A model generated the notes under the pieces. The model searched no databases. It had not been told where the DNA came from and saw only the letters and a list, made by a program, of their open reading frames with translations. 64,000 nucleotides of DNA. It comes from the human T2T-CHM13v2.0 reference genome, Homo sapiens. Position 1 is the stretch's first letter, and the number at the start of each line of letters is the position of its first letter. Shown here one piece after another: positions 1 through 17,153 of the stretch. Position numbers and translations under genes: made by a program. The stretch lies in the NCBI RefSeq assembly GCF_009914755.1, contig NC_060929.1; one strand, given 5' to 3'.

Positions 1-332
1 ACCCCTGACCCCTCAGCAGCCTAACTGGGAGGCACCCCCCAGTAGGGACAGACTGACACCTCACACGGCCGGGTACTCCTCTGAGACAAAACTTCCAGAG
101 GAACAATCAGACAGCAGCATTCGCGGTTCACGAAAAACCACTGTTCTGCAGACACCGCTGCTGATACCCAGGCAAACAGGGTCTGGAGTGGACCTCTAGC
201 AAACTCCAACAGACCTGCAGCTGAGGGTCCTGTCTGTTAGAAGGAAAATTAACAAACAGAAAGGACATCCACACCAAAAACCCATCTGTACATCACCATC
301 ATCAAAGACCAAAAGTAAATAAAACCACAAAG

Positions 333-1345
333 ATGGGGAAAAAACAGAGCAGAAAAACTGGAAACTCTAAAAAGCAGAGCACCTCTCCTCCTCCAAAGGA
401 TCACAGTTCCTCAGCAGCAATGGAACAAAGCTGGACAGAGAATGACTTTGATGAGTTGAGAGAAGAAGGCTTCAGCCGATCAAACTACGAGATACAGGAG
501 GAAATTCAAACCCAAGGCAAAGAAGTTAAAAACTTTGAAAAAAATTTAGATGAATGTATAACTAGAATAACCAATACAGAGAAGTGCTTAAAGGAGCTGA
601 TGGAGCTGAAAGCCAAGGCACGAGAACTATGTGAAGAATGCAGAAGGCTCAGGAGCCGACGTGATCAACTGGAAGAAAGGGTATCAGCGATGGAAGATGA
701 AATGAATGAAATGAAGCGAGAAGGGAAGTTTAGAGAAAAAAGAATAAAGAGAAACAAACAAAGCCTCCAAGAAATATGGGACTATGTGAAAGACCAAATC
801 TACGTCTGATTGGTGTAACTGAAAGTGACGGGGAGAATGGAACCAAGTTGGAAAACACTCTGCAGGACATTATCCTGGAGAACTTCCCCAATCTAGCAAG
901 GCAGGCCAACATTCAGATTCAGGAAATACAGAGAACGCCACAAAGATATTCCTCGAGAAGAGCAACTCCAAGACACATAATTGTCACATTTGCCAAAGTT
1001 GAAATGAATGAAAAAATGTTAAGGGCAGCCAGAGAGAAAGGTCGGGTTACCCACAAAGGGAAGCCCATCAGACTAACAGCGGATCTCTCGGCAGAAACTC
1101 TACAAGCCAGGAGAGAGTGGGGGCCAATATTCAACATTCTTAAAGAAAAGAATTTTCAACCCAGAATTTCATATCCAGCCAAACTAAGCTTTATAAGTGA
1201 AGGAGAAATAAAATCCTTTACAGACAAGCAAATGCTGAGAGATTTTGTCACCACCAGGCCTGCCCTAAAAGAGCTCCTGAAGGAAGCACTAAACATGGAA
1301 AGGAAAAACCGGTACCAGCCACTGCAAAATCATGCCAAAATGTAA
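333..1345 (+). pseudogene. L1 ORF1p, frameshifted near 790
   Basis: ORFs 333-809 and 776-1345 give the N- and C-terminal halves of ORF1p in different frames. Confidence 0.95.
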
Positions 1346-1408
1346 AGACCATAGAGACTAGGAAGAAACTGCATCAACTAATGAGCAAAATAACCAGCTA
1401 ACATCATA

Positions 1409-5266
<3,858 letters not shown>

Positions 5267-5484
5267 ACAATGAGAACACATGGACACAGGAAGGGGAACA
5301 TCACACTCTGGGGACTGTTTTGGGGTGGGGGGAGGGGGGAGGGATAGCACTGGGAGATATACCTAATGCTAGATGATGAGTTAGTGGGTGCAGCGCACCA
5401 GCATGGCACATGTATACATATGTAACTAACCTGCACATTGTGCACATGTACCCTAAAACTTAAAGTATAATAAAAAAAAAAAAA

Positions 5485-5599
5485 GAATAGATATTCTGCT
5501 GCTGTGAAGTGTTCAATAGAGTATCTGTTAGGCCTAGTGGATTTACAGTGTTGTGGAAGTCTTCTTGAACTAGTCTGCTGAGATGTTCTATCCATTATT
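5485..5599 (-). mobile_element. old L1M ORF2 fragment (host of later insertions)
   Basis: Resembles the L1M sequence at ~18125-18250; continues at 7226. Confidence 0.65.
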
Positions 5600-5604
5600 T
5601 TTTT

Positions 5605-6010
5605 CAGAGATAAATGACTTTATTATTCACAGTGCAACAAGCAGCATAAGCATCAGCACATTTACTTTGGTTTTCTGAGTCTCATTTCCCACAGAACAAT
5701 GCAAAGCAGGTTAGTCCATACTTGCAGGAATAATAGGGTGTGTTATAGGAGAGAAACCCCAAGCTTAGGGAAGCTGGATCTTTTATAACAGGCAGTGAGC
5801 CTACCTGAACTTTGCTCCAGAAGGAAACACTATGTTGCTTGTTAGCGAGTAAATAAATTTGCCTTTTGATCCCAGAAAACCATAACTTCTATTTCCCAAG
5901 ATTATTTTCTATACAAACGTTAAAAAATATATGGTTCTGAACAAAGAAAATTAGAGCCTCTGCAAGACAGGTAGAAGTGTGAGAGACTCATGAAGAACTG
6001 TCTCTCAACA
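5605..6010 (-). mobile_element. LTR40-like ERVL LTR, cut off just after its poly(A) signal
   Basis: Minus strand begins TGTTGAGAGACAGTTCTTCATGAGTCTCTC; AATAAA near 5619-5624 followed by an A-run. Confidence 0.55.
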
Positions 6011-6081
6011 ATTACCTAAATCTTTCTCATCATTAAAAAAGAAAACACGCCCTGACTCTCTTTCCCCTCCAGTTACTCCTT

Positions 6082-6446
6082 TGTCTTAATCAGTTTGGGC
6101 TGCTATAACAAAAATAACACAGACTGAGTGTCTTAAACAACAGAAATCTATTTCTCCCAATTTTTGAGGCTGAAAAGTCCAAGATCAAGGTGCTGGCTAA
6201 TTCAGTTCTTGGTGAGAGCTCTCTTCCTAGTTTGCCTATGGAGGATTTACTGCTGCAACCTCACATGGCAGAGAGAGGGATCCTGTCTCTCATGTCTCTT
6301 CTTACAATGGCATTACTCCCATTCATGAGGGTTTCAACCTCATGATCCAATTACCTCCTAAATGTCCACCTCCAAACACCGTCATTTTGGGGATGAGGGC
6401 TTCAACATATAAATTTTGGGAAGACACGAACATTAACTTCATAGCA
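6082..6446 (-). mobile_element. MaLR solo LTR (MLT1A-like)
   Basis: TGTCTTAATCAGTTTGGGCTGCTATAAC...ATAGCA ends; AAGTCCAAGATCAAGGTG core. Confidence 0.85.
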
Positions 6447-6714
6447 CGTCGCTATCCTTTTTTTTTACACAACAAAATATCTCAAAGTGTTTCTATTTTT
6501 TTAAATCACCCAATCCCTTTGCAAGCCACACATTTTGGATTTCACTGAGACTCCTGAATCCAAGGGATCCTTTGCATTCTTATTTAACTTGTTACTGTCA
6601 TAAATTTTCACACTCATGACAACTTCCTCCTTCTTGAGACTCTCTATTTCCCCTAGTTTTTTCTAAAACGAAATGCTTGTATCTTCCTTCTTCCTGCTTC
6701 TTCCCTTCCTCTTC

Positions 6715-7225
6715 CTTTTATTGAAATATAATTCATATAACATGAAATTAATCATTTTAAAGTGTATAATTTAATAGTTTTTAATATATTCATTTTATTG
6801 TACAACGATTACCACATGTAATTTCAGCACATTTCCATCATCCCCAAAAGAAACCTCATACCCCTTAGCAGTCAGTCTTAATTTTCTCCTCCCATCATCC
6901 TTGGAAAATTCTCATCTACTCTCTGTTCCTATGAATTTGCCTATTTCAGATATTCCATGTAAATGAAATTACACGGTATATGTGTATGGTCTTTTGTGAC
7001 TAGCTTTTTTCACTTAGCATTATACTTTCTAGGTTCATCTGTGTTGTAGCATGTACTGGTAGACATTTCTCTTTAAAGTTGAATAATATTGCATTGTATA
7101 GATATGCTATGTTTTGTTTACCCGTTCATCAATTGATGGACACTTGGGTTGAATCTATTTTTTGGCTATCAGATAATGCTGCTATGACATTTGTGTGAAT
7201 GTTTTCAGTTATTTTGGGTTATACT
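6715..7225 (-). mobile_element. L1MB-type 3' end fragment
   Basis: TTTATTGAAATATAATTCATATACATG and typical L1M 3'UTR motifs. Confidence 0.8.
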
Positions 7226-7880
7226 CATTATTGAAAATAGATTACTGAAGTCTCTGTGAATTATTGTTGTCTATTTCTCCTTTAATTCTGTCAGTTTTTC
7301 TCCATGTATTTTGGTCTTTGTTGTTAGGTACTTATAAGTTTTAATTGTTATCTTCCTGCTGGGTTGACCATAAAATATCAATCTTTATCTTTAGTAACAT
7401 TTTTTTACTGTCAATTTCGTTTCATATCACATAGCCACTCCAGCTGTCTTTGGTTGCTATTTGCATGATACATCTTTTTCCATCTTTTTATTTTCAACCT
7501 ATTTGTATGTTTGAATATAAAGTATGTTTATTATAGACAGGATATAGTAGGATCTTGTTTTTGATTGGATTGTTTAATTCATTCACATTTAATGTTACTA
7601 CTGATATAATTGGATTTACATCTGACATTCTACTTTTTGTTTTCTATATGCTTCATCTCTTTTCCCTCCCACTGATCCCCTTAACTGTTTTCTTTTAAGT
7701 GAATATTTTTAGTATAACATTTTAGTTCTTTAAAATAATTTTTTAATTTTTTTGCATTATTTTCATAGTAGCAGACTTACCATATGCATTTTATGCTTCA
7801 GAATCTACTTCTAGGTTTACACCAACTTAATTTTATCTTCTTCCCCCTTTTTGTGTTATGATTGTTATATATATTACATA
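7226..7880 (-). mobile_element. old L1M fragment (continues 5485-5599)
   Basis: ATTGAAAATAGATTACTGAAGTCTC...; similar to ~18245-18800. Confidence 0.7.
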
Positions 7881-7925
7881 CATATTATATAATATATAAA
7901 TGTAATATATATCTATTCCAAGTGT

Positions 7926-7972
7926 TATCTATCTGTCTATCTATTTATCTACCTGTCATCTATTTATCTGTC
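7926..7972. repeat. degenerate (TCTA)n microsatellite
   Basis: tatctatctgtctatctatttatct. Confidence 0.7.
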
Positions 7973-8129
7973 TCAGCTTTCCTCTCCCAGTGGATCTATG
8001 AACAATGCTGACTTGTCCTGGCATTGATGTGTGACAATGTGCACTCAACTGTAAACCTCTGGAAGACAGAGACCATGTCCATAGTGTTTCCTGCTACAGC
8101 CACTGAGTTACCACGCTTAATAAAGCTGA

Positions 8130-8270
8130 AGCAATAATGCATAGTGGTTAAAAGTGCCACCTACAGTCCAACAGACCTGGATTTACAGTGTCTCTGCTAT
8201 CTACTAGTGTAGTGACATCCAGCATGTTACATAGCTTCTCTGTGCCTCATTTTCCTCATCTATCTGTGAT
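8130..8270 (+). mobile_element. MIR SINE
   Basis: ATAGTGGTTAAAAG...TCTCTGTGCCTCATTTTCCTCATCT MIR core. Confidence 0.75.
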
Positions 8271-8944
8271 ATTGTAATGCTGTCATGCTTATTACTTGTC
8301 TGACATATTGTTTGTGTTCAGAGCTGTTCCCTTTTATCTTATCTGTTGGAGAAGTTAACTGAAGCTTCAGCACAATCTGGCCCATTATTTTACTTTTATG
8401 CAATGAATGTTTGGGGTTTTGACCATTTTTTCCTTCCCATTTGGTACCCATTTTTTAACATTAAAAACAAAATGAAACAGAATTAAAGTTTCAGAAAGAA
8501 ACAAAATTCATAACGAGATCAGTTTTCAGTCGTTTAGTGGTCTTTTGGTCACAGCCAGAAATGCCCAAGCTAAGAGCCCACCTGTGATCACTGACAGCCC
8601 CCACCTCAGGCAGCTTGGCTTTCCTCAACCCCGAATCTGGCTCAGGGTCACTGTGTTCTCTAACCATAGAGGGATTTTGTTCCTTTGCTTCACCTGCAAG
8701 CAAGCTGATTTATAATTTGTCCCTTAGTATTGGGGGGTGGGAAAAGGACGCACAAGAGCTGACTAGATTACAGCTATTTTTGAGAGCATTTCTCTGTATG
8801 TTTAATATTAAATGCTAATGGAGAGAATGCTAAGATGAGAAAATTGCCAAATGTGAGATGCTGTTGTGGAAATCACTCAGAAAGAACCATAGTAATATTC
8901 AAAATGAAGATGTCTTCTTCCAGTCTTCTGGTGCCATAACTAAA

Positions 8945-9200
8945 CCAGCCCAATTTGGTAAGTAAAAATTGGGATCTTGTCATATTAATTTGTATTTCCA
9001 TGACTACTAATGAGGTGGAGTGGATTTCGATATATTTATTGGCCATCTTTTCTCTCCTATTAATTATCTGTTTATATTGTTTGATTCTTGCCCATTTTTC
9101 TCTATTGAGTTTGTCCCTGTTGCATTTGTTTGATCACTACTTATGAATATATTCAGAATATTTCTTTTTCTGATCTATAAAATATAAATATTTTTCCTGT
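8945..9200 (-). mobile_element. old L1M fragment
   Basis: TTAATTTGTATTTCCATGACTACTAATGAGGT...TTATTGGCCAT. Confidence 0.6.
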
Positions 9201-11424
9201 CCGTTAACTTTTAACCTTTTCTTGCATCTGAATTTTCCTGAGGATATTGTCAATACTAATTCTAAGTCTCATTTAATTTGCTTCATAACTATATAGAGTA
9301 TAAGTAAATAGCGTAACTATATTTACTCTCCAGGGCAATTCTGACTTTTGAATTTGCCCTTGGCTGGTTTCAGATGTTTGATGACCCTCTTTTGTGTCTC
9401 TATTTGAGAACTCCCTTTTGTCTGTCTAGTTCCATAGATGTATTACCAGGCTTCATGCACTGACTGGGGAGGTGTTGACCATTGGCTGTCTTCCAGATGA
9501 GGGTGCTTCCCTGTCTTCCTGGATGTCACCAGCTTTCTGGTATTATCTGCAGCCCAAGAGTCATCACTCTCTTCTCTCACCTAGGAACAGATACCTCTCT
9601 TGTTTGCTTCTGGTCCATGGGAATGAGATGGAATGGAAAAAAGAAGCTGATCAGCATGGCTCCTCCTCCCACCATCCCTGAGCAATTACCCTTTTGGTTG
9701 CCTCAGGGTCCAGCTGCTCCACTGCCTGCCACCTCTGAGACTGGGGCATCTCAGGATCCCTGGCACCTTTTGCCACAATGTCATTGCAAAGGTTTGGGGT
9801 ATGGCTCTTTCTGCCTTCTATCTTCCAGGACTTTTTCAGCTTCTGATTCACTACGGCAACTCTAACTGTTTTGTTCCAACACAGGTATAGAGTTTTAAAA
9901 AATTATTTTCTCTTGTCATGTCTAAAAATTTGAAATACAAGACAGAGACTCCTTTGCTTTACACATTTGCTTCACTATTTCCTTCCCTCGATCACCTGAT
10001 AGTTTTATTCTAATCTACTGGTAACATCCTTTAGGCATTGGCTTAGGTGCTGAGATGGTCTGTGGCTCTCTGAAATTATAAAGCAAAATTTTATATATCT
10101 GTAAACACTTGCATTTTCCTAGAGCGTAGGCTGGTAATTCTTGTTTTCAAAGAAAGCCATGAATCAAAGAGGCTAATGATTGCACAAAAACAAAAGACGG
10201 TAAGACAATGATTTCACAATTGTATAAGTCTTGCCTGGAATTTTAGATTTCCTTTCAAATTCTATTTTAGGATCTGATTACTTTTGATCCAGGGAGTAAA
10301 AAGTGAGAATCTGCTACGGCCTCAGCTGATTTTCCACATAGGTTTGGAACTGCTTTATGGGAATAATCTGTGTAATCACTTTTAGTCAAACCAGAAGAGA
10401 GAGGAAAGATAAGAAGTTAAGAATCCAGTCAAGGTAAGCCTGAGCCAGCAGCACCCTAGAATCCCACAGCATGCACTCAGCCCCTACAGTGGCCAGCAGC
10501 CAGGTGCTAGTTGCTTTGCCTTCTCAACTCTTTGTTTCCCTTGGCAATGACTTCTTAGAGAGGTCCCCCTGCAGAAGTGATTGCAATTGCAAATTAAGAA
10601 AATGGATGAGAGAAAATAATTATTTTCTTCCATTCTCCGAATAAGGCATGAGGTTAAGCATATGAGAGAACAAAATAAACCAATTCCAGCATGTAAATGA
10701 TCAGCATCTATTTTAATAACTACACTTGGGATTCTGTAAATATAATGAATAGTAGTATATGGCTTTTGGAAACCATTTAATGGATCCTTATCAGCAGCCT
10801 ACAGACAGGATCTGAATGGTCACAGCTTTGGATAATGGGACACAATTTAGGAATTGAGGGAAAAACCAACTTTGCTAATCTCTAGAACAATCAAGAAAAT
10901 GTGTGGAATTTATAAATAACAGTGGAGGGAAAGCATGAGCTGCCAGAAAGCTGCTATTCCTCTGCTTGGCTTTTAGCAGAGGCTGAGGAATTTGCTTGGG
11001 TTGTTTGGGAAATTCTTGTGATACTTATAATATAATCAGGCAGAGGTTTTCTTTTTTTAATATATTTCTGCTTGCCTGCCAAATGCTAATGATTGCTGGA
11101 TGCTAATTGTCTACAGCAGTTGTTAAATGAGTTTCCCTTCACATCTCCTCTGGGGGTATTTATAAAAGGGTAAGGAATCTATCAAGAAGTATGCTGTAGA
11201 AAGCAACAAATCCCCAATCTCCTTTCTACTCTGGAGGTACTGAGTTGAAAAGAGGCCAGGGATCTTCAGGCTCCACTTATTCCTGACATCACCCAGAACC
11301 TTGGCGAGGTTCCAAAGTCTTCAGGGTTGGAGGTTCCAACGACTCTGGGCTGGAGGTTGACTAGGTCCGGGAAAGCTTTTGCAGCCCGAAGACTTCTGCC
11401 TCTCTTACCTACTTCTCGGTATTC

Positions 11425-12035
11425 TCCATCCCTAACCCCTGTCAACCACTAATCTGTTTTCCATTCCTAACACGCTGTCCCTTCAAAAATGTTATATAAA
11501 TGGAATCATATAATACCTAACCTTTTAGATTGACTTTTTTCACTCAGCATAATTCCCTGGAGAGGCATCCAAGTTGTATCCCATTTCAACAGTATTCCAT
11601 GGTGTGTATGCACCACAGCTTGTTTAGTGACTCACCTATCCAGTTTGGGTTGTGATGAATAAAGCTGCTGTGTGAACATAAGTTTCCATTCCTTTGGACT
11701 GAATGCCCAAGAGTGCAATTGCTGGGTTGTAAGCTTTAGTTTTATAGGAAATTGTCAAATTATTTTCCAGTGTGGTTGTACCATTTTACATTCCTACCAG
11801 CAGCAGTTGGATCCGGTTTTTCCATGACCTGGTCAGTGTTTTCACTGTGCTTTATTTTAGCCATTCTGATATGTGTGCCATGACATTTAACTGTGATTTT
11901 AATTTTTATTTTTCTTATGGTGAATGATATTGAACATCATGTATGCCTTTTGACCACTTTCTAGTTGGATTGGTTGTTATTAGTGCTGAGTTTTGAGATT
12001 TCTTTTTATGTTCTAGATAACTGGTCCTTTGTTGA
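11425..12035 (-). mobile_element. L1M 3' fragment
   Basis: CAACCACTAATCTG...TATATAAATGGAATCATA...GAATAAAGCTGCT motifs. Confidence 0.75.
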
Positions 12036-12779
12036 ATTCATATAACTTTTAATATGTTGCTCAGGAAATACATGATTACATTTTCACTGTGAAAATAATA
12101 TAATATTTAGCAACAAAATTTGAAAGTCCCCCTCACACCCTGCTATGTAATTTCACTCATGCCACTAAGGGTCACCTTTTTTCCCCAATTTTTAAAAATT
12201 ATGTTAAAAATACACAACATAAGATTTACCATCTTACTCATTTTTAAGTGTAGTTCAGTGGTATTAAACACATTCATAATGTTGTATAACTATCAATACC
12301 ATTCATCTCCAGAACTCTACCATCTTGTAAAACTGGAACTCTAGTAAATAACAACCCCCTTTTGCCCTCTCCTTTTATTCCCTAGCAATCATCATTTTAC
12401 TGTCTCTCTTATGATTTTGATCACTCTAAGTTCTCTCATATAAGAGACTGTGACCGGCTTGCTTCACTAAGCACAATGTCCTCAAAGTTCAACCATGTTA
12501 TAGCATATGTCAAAATTTTCTTCCTTTTTAAGGTTAAACAGTATTCTATTCAATGCAGATACCACATTTTGTTTATCCATTCTTCTGTCCATGGACACTT
12601 GGAACACTTCCATGTTTTCACTAGTGTATAATATTTGGTGGACAGACACAGAAGTAGAATTTGTGGAGCACACGGTAATTCTATTTTTAATTTTTTAGGA
12701 ACTGCTATACTGTTTTCCACAGTGGCTGTACCACTTTATATTGCCATCAATATAGTATTTTATATTGCCATCAATATAG

Positions 12780-13112
<333 letters not shown>

Positions 13113-14751
13113 TAGTTTTCTGTTTTATGATCATAGCTATTCCGATTGGTATGAGGTGGTATCTGATTACAGTTTTGATTTTCATTTCCCTAGTGATAAG
13201 TAATATTGAACATCTTTTCATGTCCTTTTTGGCCATTTGTATCTTCTTTGGAGAAATGTCCATCCAAGTTCTTTGCTCATTTTTGAACCAGGTTGTTTGT
13301 TTTTCTGTTGTTAAGTTTTAAGAGTTCTCTATATATTCTAGATATTAATCCCTATCAGATATATAATTTAAAAATATTTTCTCTTACTCTGTAGCTTGCT
13401 CTTTTACTCTATTGACATTGTCTTTTAATGCACAATATTTAAAAACTTTATCAAGTCCAGTTTGCCTACTTTTTTGTTTCCTGTGCCTTTGTTGTCATCC
13501 AAGAAAGTATTGCCAAATCCAATGTTCTGTAGCTTTTACCTTATGTTTTCTTCTAAGAATTTTATAGTCTTAGCTCCTAAATTTAGGTCTTTAATCTATT
13601 TTAAGTTAATGTTTGTCCATGGTTGTAGGTAAAAATCTATCTTTATTCTTTCACATGTGGATATCTACTTTTTTCAGCACCATTTGTTGAAAAGACTGTC
13701 TTTCCCCAGTGAATGGTCTCACACTATTAACAAAAATCATTTGACCATATATGCAAGGGTTTATTTCTGGGCTTTCTATATTTTACTCCATTTGTCTGTC
13801 TTTATGCCCATATCACACTTTTGATTATTGTAGCTTTGTAGTAAGTTTTAAAATCAGGAAGTATGAGTCCTCCAGTTTTGTTCTTCTTTTTCAAGATTGT
13901 TTTGACTATTCAGAGTCTCTTGAGGTTCGATATAAATTTTAGGATAGGTTTTTATATTCTGCAAAAAATGTCATTGGGATTTGGATAGAAATTGCATTGA
14001 ATCACTTTGGGTAGTATTGATACCTTAATATTAAGTCTTCCGATTTATGAACATGAGATGTGTTTTCATTTATCTGGCTTCATTAGTTTCAGCAATGTTT
14101 TGTAGTTTTTGTTGTACAAGTCTTTCACTTTCTTGGTTAACTCCTAAGTATTTTATTCTTTTTGATTCTATTGTAAACAGAATTGGTTTTGTAATTTCCC
14201 TTCCAGATTGTTCACTGTTAGTATATAAAAATCTAGTTGATTTTTGTGTGTTGACTCTGTATCCTGTGACTTTACAAAATTCATTTATTAGTTTTAATTT
14301 TTGTGTGAAATCTTTATAATTGTATACATATATAAAATTGTATCATCTGTGAACAGAGATATTGTTACTTCTTCCTTTGCAACTTGGGTGCCTTTTTTTC
14401 TTGCCTAATTGCTCTGCCTAGAACTTCCAGTATTATGTTGAATAGAAGTGGTTGAAAGCAGGCATCCTAATGTTAAAGAAGAAATTTTCAGTCTTTCACC
14501 ATTGAGAATGATGATTGCTGTGGGCTTTTCACATAAGGTATTTATTATGTTGAAGTAGTTTCCTTCTATTTCTAGTATTTTGAGTGTTTTTTAAATCATG
14601 AAACTATGGTGAATTTTGTCAAATGCCATTTCTGCATCAATTGAGATGATCATATGTTATTCATCCTTTATTCTGTTAACAGTGTATTATGTTGATAGAT
14701 TTTTATATGTTGAATCATTCCTGCTTTCCAAGAATAAGTCCTGCTTGGCAT

Positions 14752-15164
14752 TATCTTAGTCTGTTTTTTTGCTTATAACAAAATAGCTGAAATTGGGTAA
14801 TTTATAAAAAAAGGAATTTATGTTTTACAGTTATTGAGGTGGAGAAGTCCAAAGTCAAGCGGGCACATCTGGTGAGAGTCTTCTGGCTGGTGGGAACCCT
14901 ACAGAGTCTGGAGGCAGTGCAGAGTATTACACGGTGAGAGAGCTAAGCTTGCTAATATGTTAATGTGCTAGCTCAGTTCTCTCTTCTTTTTCTTATAAAG
15001 CCATCAGTTTCCCTCTAATGATATCCCATACATCTATTATTCCAAGAATGTATTCATCCATTCATTAGAGCAGAACCCTCATGATCTAATCACCTCTTAA
15101 AGGCCTTACTTCTCAATACTGCCACATTGGAAATTAAACTTCAACCTGGGTTTTGAAGGGAACA
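14752..15164 (-). mobile_element. MST (MaLR) solo LTR
   Basis: MST motifs; flanks GGCAT/GTCAT form a degenerate 5-bp TSD. Confidence 0.8.
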
Positions 15165-15346
15165 GTCATTATATGTAATCCTTTTAATATGCTACTGAAT
15201 TCAGTTTGCTAGTATTTTCTTGAGGACCTATGCATCTATGTATATCAGAGACACTGGTCTGTAGTTTTCTTGTAATGTCCTTACCTGGCTTTGGTATCTA
15301 GGATAATGCTGGCCTCTTTAGAATGAGTTAGAAAATGTTCCCTCTA

Positions 15347-16053
15347 GGAGGTGGGGGGGTCAGCCCCCCGCCCGGCCAGCTGCCCCGTCCGGGAGGGAGG
15401 TGGGGGGGTCAGCCCCCCGCCCGGCCAGCCGCCCCGTCCGGGAGGTGAGGGGCGCCTCTGCCCGGCCGCCCCTACTGGGAAGTGAGGAGCCCCTCTGCCC
15501 GGCCACCACCCCGTCTGGGAGGTGTACCCAACAGCTCATTGAGAACAGGCCATGATGACAATGGCGGTTTTGTGGAATAGAAAGGGGGGAAGGGTGGGGA
15601 AAAGATTGAGAAATCGGATAGTTGCCCTGTCTGTGTAGAAAGAGGTAGACATGGGAGACTTTTCATTTTGTTCTGTACTAAGAAAAATTCTTCTGCCTTG
15701 GGATCCTGTTGATCCGTGACCTTACCCCCAACCCTGTGCTATCTGAAACATGTGCTGTATCCACTCAGGGTTAAATGGATTAAGGGCGGTGCAAGATGTG
15801 CTTTGTTAAACAGATGCTTGAAGGCAGCATGCTCCTTAAGAGTCATCACCACTCCCTAATCTCAAGTACCCAGGGACACAAACACTGCGGAAGGCCGCAG
15901 GGTCCTCTGCCTAGGAAAACCAGAGACCTTTGTTCACTTGTTTATCTGCTGACCTTCCCTCCACTATTGTCCTGTGACCCTGCCAAATCCCCCTCTGCGA
16001 GAAACACCCAAGAATGATCAATTAAAAAAAAAAATTAAAAAAAAAAAAAAAAA
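15347..16053 (+). mobile_element. SVA retroposon, 5'-truncated within the VNTR, SVA_D-like
   Basis: GC-rich VNTR units (GGGGGTCAGCCCCCCGCCCGGCCAGC), SINE-R region, poly(A). Confidence 0.97.
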
Positions 16054-17153
16054 AGGTAATTGAAAGACCCTGTTCTTCAAATTACCAAGAGAAAGATGTC
16101 GTGCAAGGAATAGGACAATGACCTTTCTGTTATTTGCATTACGGCTTGATAATTATCACAAGTACATTCAGTTTGAGAGTTTCTCGATCTCTTCTCAATG
16201 CCTTCAAATAGATATAAGACATGGCAAATTGATTCTTTACCTAAGCGAGGCCAGTTTCACATTCCAAAAATATTTCAAAGCCAAATACACATAACTTTAT
16301 AAATTTAGCCACTGGTTTTTTTTCCCCTTGACTGTTTTATTCTTGACTGCAATAGCCAAGAGTTAATATAGTTGCGTTTTCTTAAGGAAGCAACATAAGT
16401 TCTAACAATAAATCTGTGAAAATGAATTTGTGATTTTAGTTCATTTTTGGATGATTTCAACCAATCATTGTAGCCCATACCTGGCAAAGCAAAAAGTTTA
16501 TCACAGCAACTCCTTATTTTGCTCCCTATGAGATTGTATTAAATTTAGATCTCTCCAGAACATGTGACTCCCTTCTTAAGGAGATTTATGTTGAAAATTA
16601 TCATATAGCCACAAAACGCAGTCCATTTTATATTAAAATGTGAGTGTATTTCTAAAATTTTTTCTTTTGTTTTGTTTGTGTTCTCAAGAATGCTTTCTAA
16701 AACAAACTCATGTGACATAAACAGGGCCAGCTTGCCCTAGTTACACCCTTACTATTTCATTAACAAAGGAACTGGGCTGCCATTCTGTTTTTGTTATGCT
16801 TATGCTGAATAACTGTACTCAGCCAGCTGCCATGACTTGTCTGTAATCCCAGCACTTTGGGAAGCCAAGGTGAGAGGATCACTTGAGCTCAGGAGTTCAA
16901 GACCAGCCTGGACAATACAGTGAGACCCTGCCTCAAAAAAAAAAAAAATTAGCCGAGTGTGGTGGTGCCAGTCTGTGCCTGCCTGTAGTCTCGGCTACTG
17001 GTCGGGGAGAGGGGCCTGAGGTGGGAGGGATCATTGAGCCTGGGTCACGGCTGCAGTAAGCTGTGGCAACAGAGCAAAACCCTGGGTGACACAGCAAGAT
17101 GTGTCTCAATAAAAATAAGTATATAACTGTAAAAAAAAAAAAAAAGAAAAAAA
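16054..17153 (+). other. SVA 3' transduction (unique sequence + AluJ-like + AATAAA + second poly(A))
   Basis: 17-bp TSD AGAAAATGTTCCCTCTA at 15330-15346 and 17154-17170 encloses the SVA plus this segment. Confidence 0.9.
16841..17118 (+). mobile_element. Alu (J-like) inside the transduced segment
   Basis: GAGGATCACTTGAGCTCAGG; tail contains AATAAA at 17108-17113. Confidence 0.9.

Noticed and set aside
21-209. Antisense ORF in the L1 5'UTR as ORF0
   Set aside because: ORF0 lies further 5' in the UTR, outside this window; this ORF is incidental
9472-9865. 127-aa ORF as a gene
   Set aside because: Non-ATG start, no recognisable domain, no convincing splice context
11300-11365. Three GAGGTT-containing imperfect ~23-nt repeats
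   Set aside because: Too short and degenerate to support a functional array
15347-15520. GC-rich tandem repeats as a CRISPR array or CpG-island promoter
   Set aside because: SVA VNTR in eukaryotic DNA; no unique spacers
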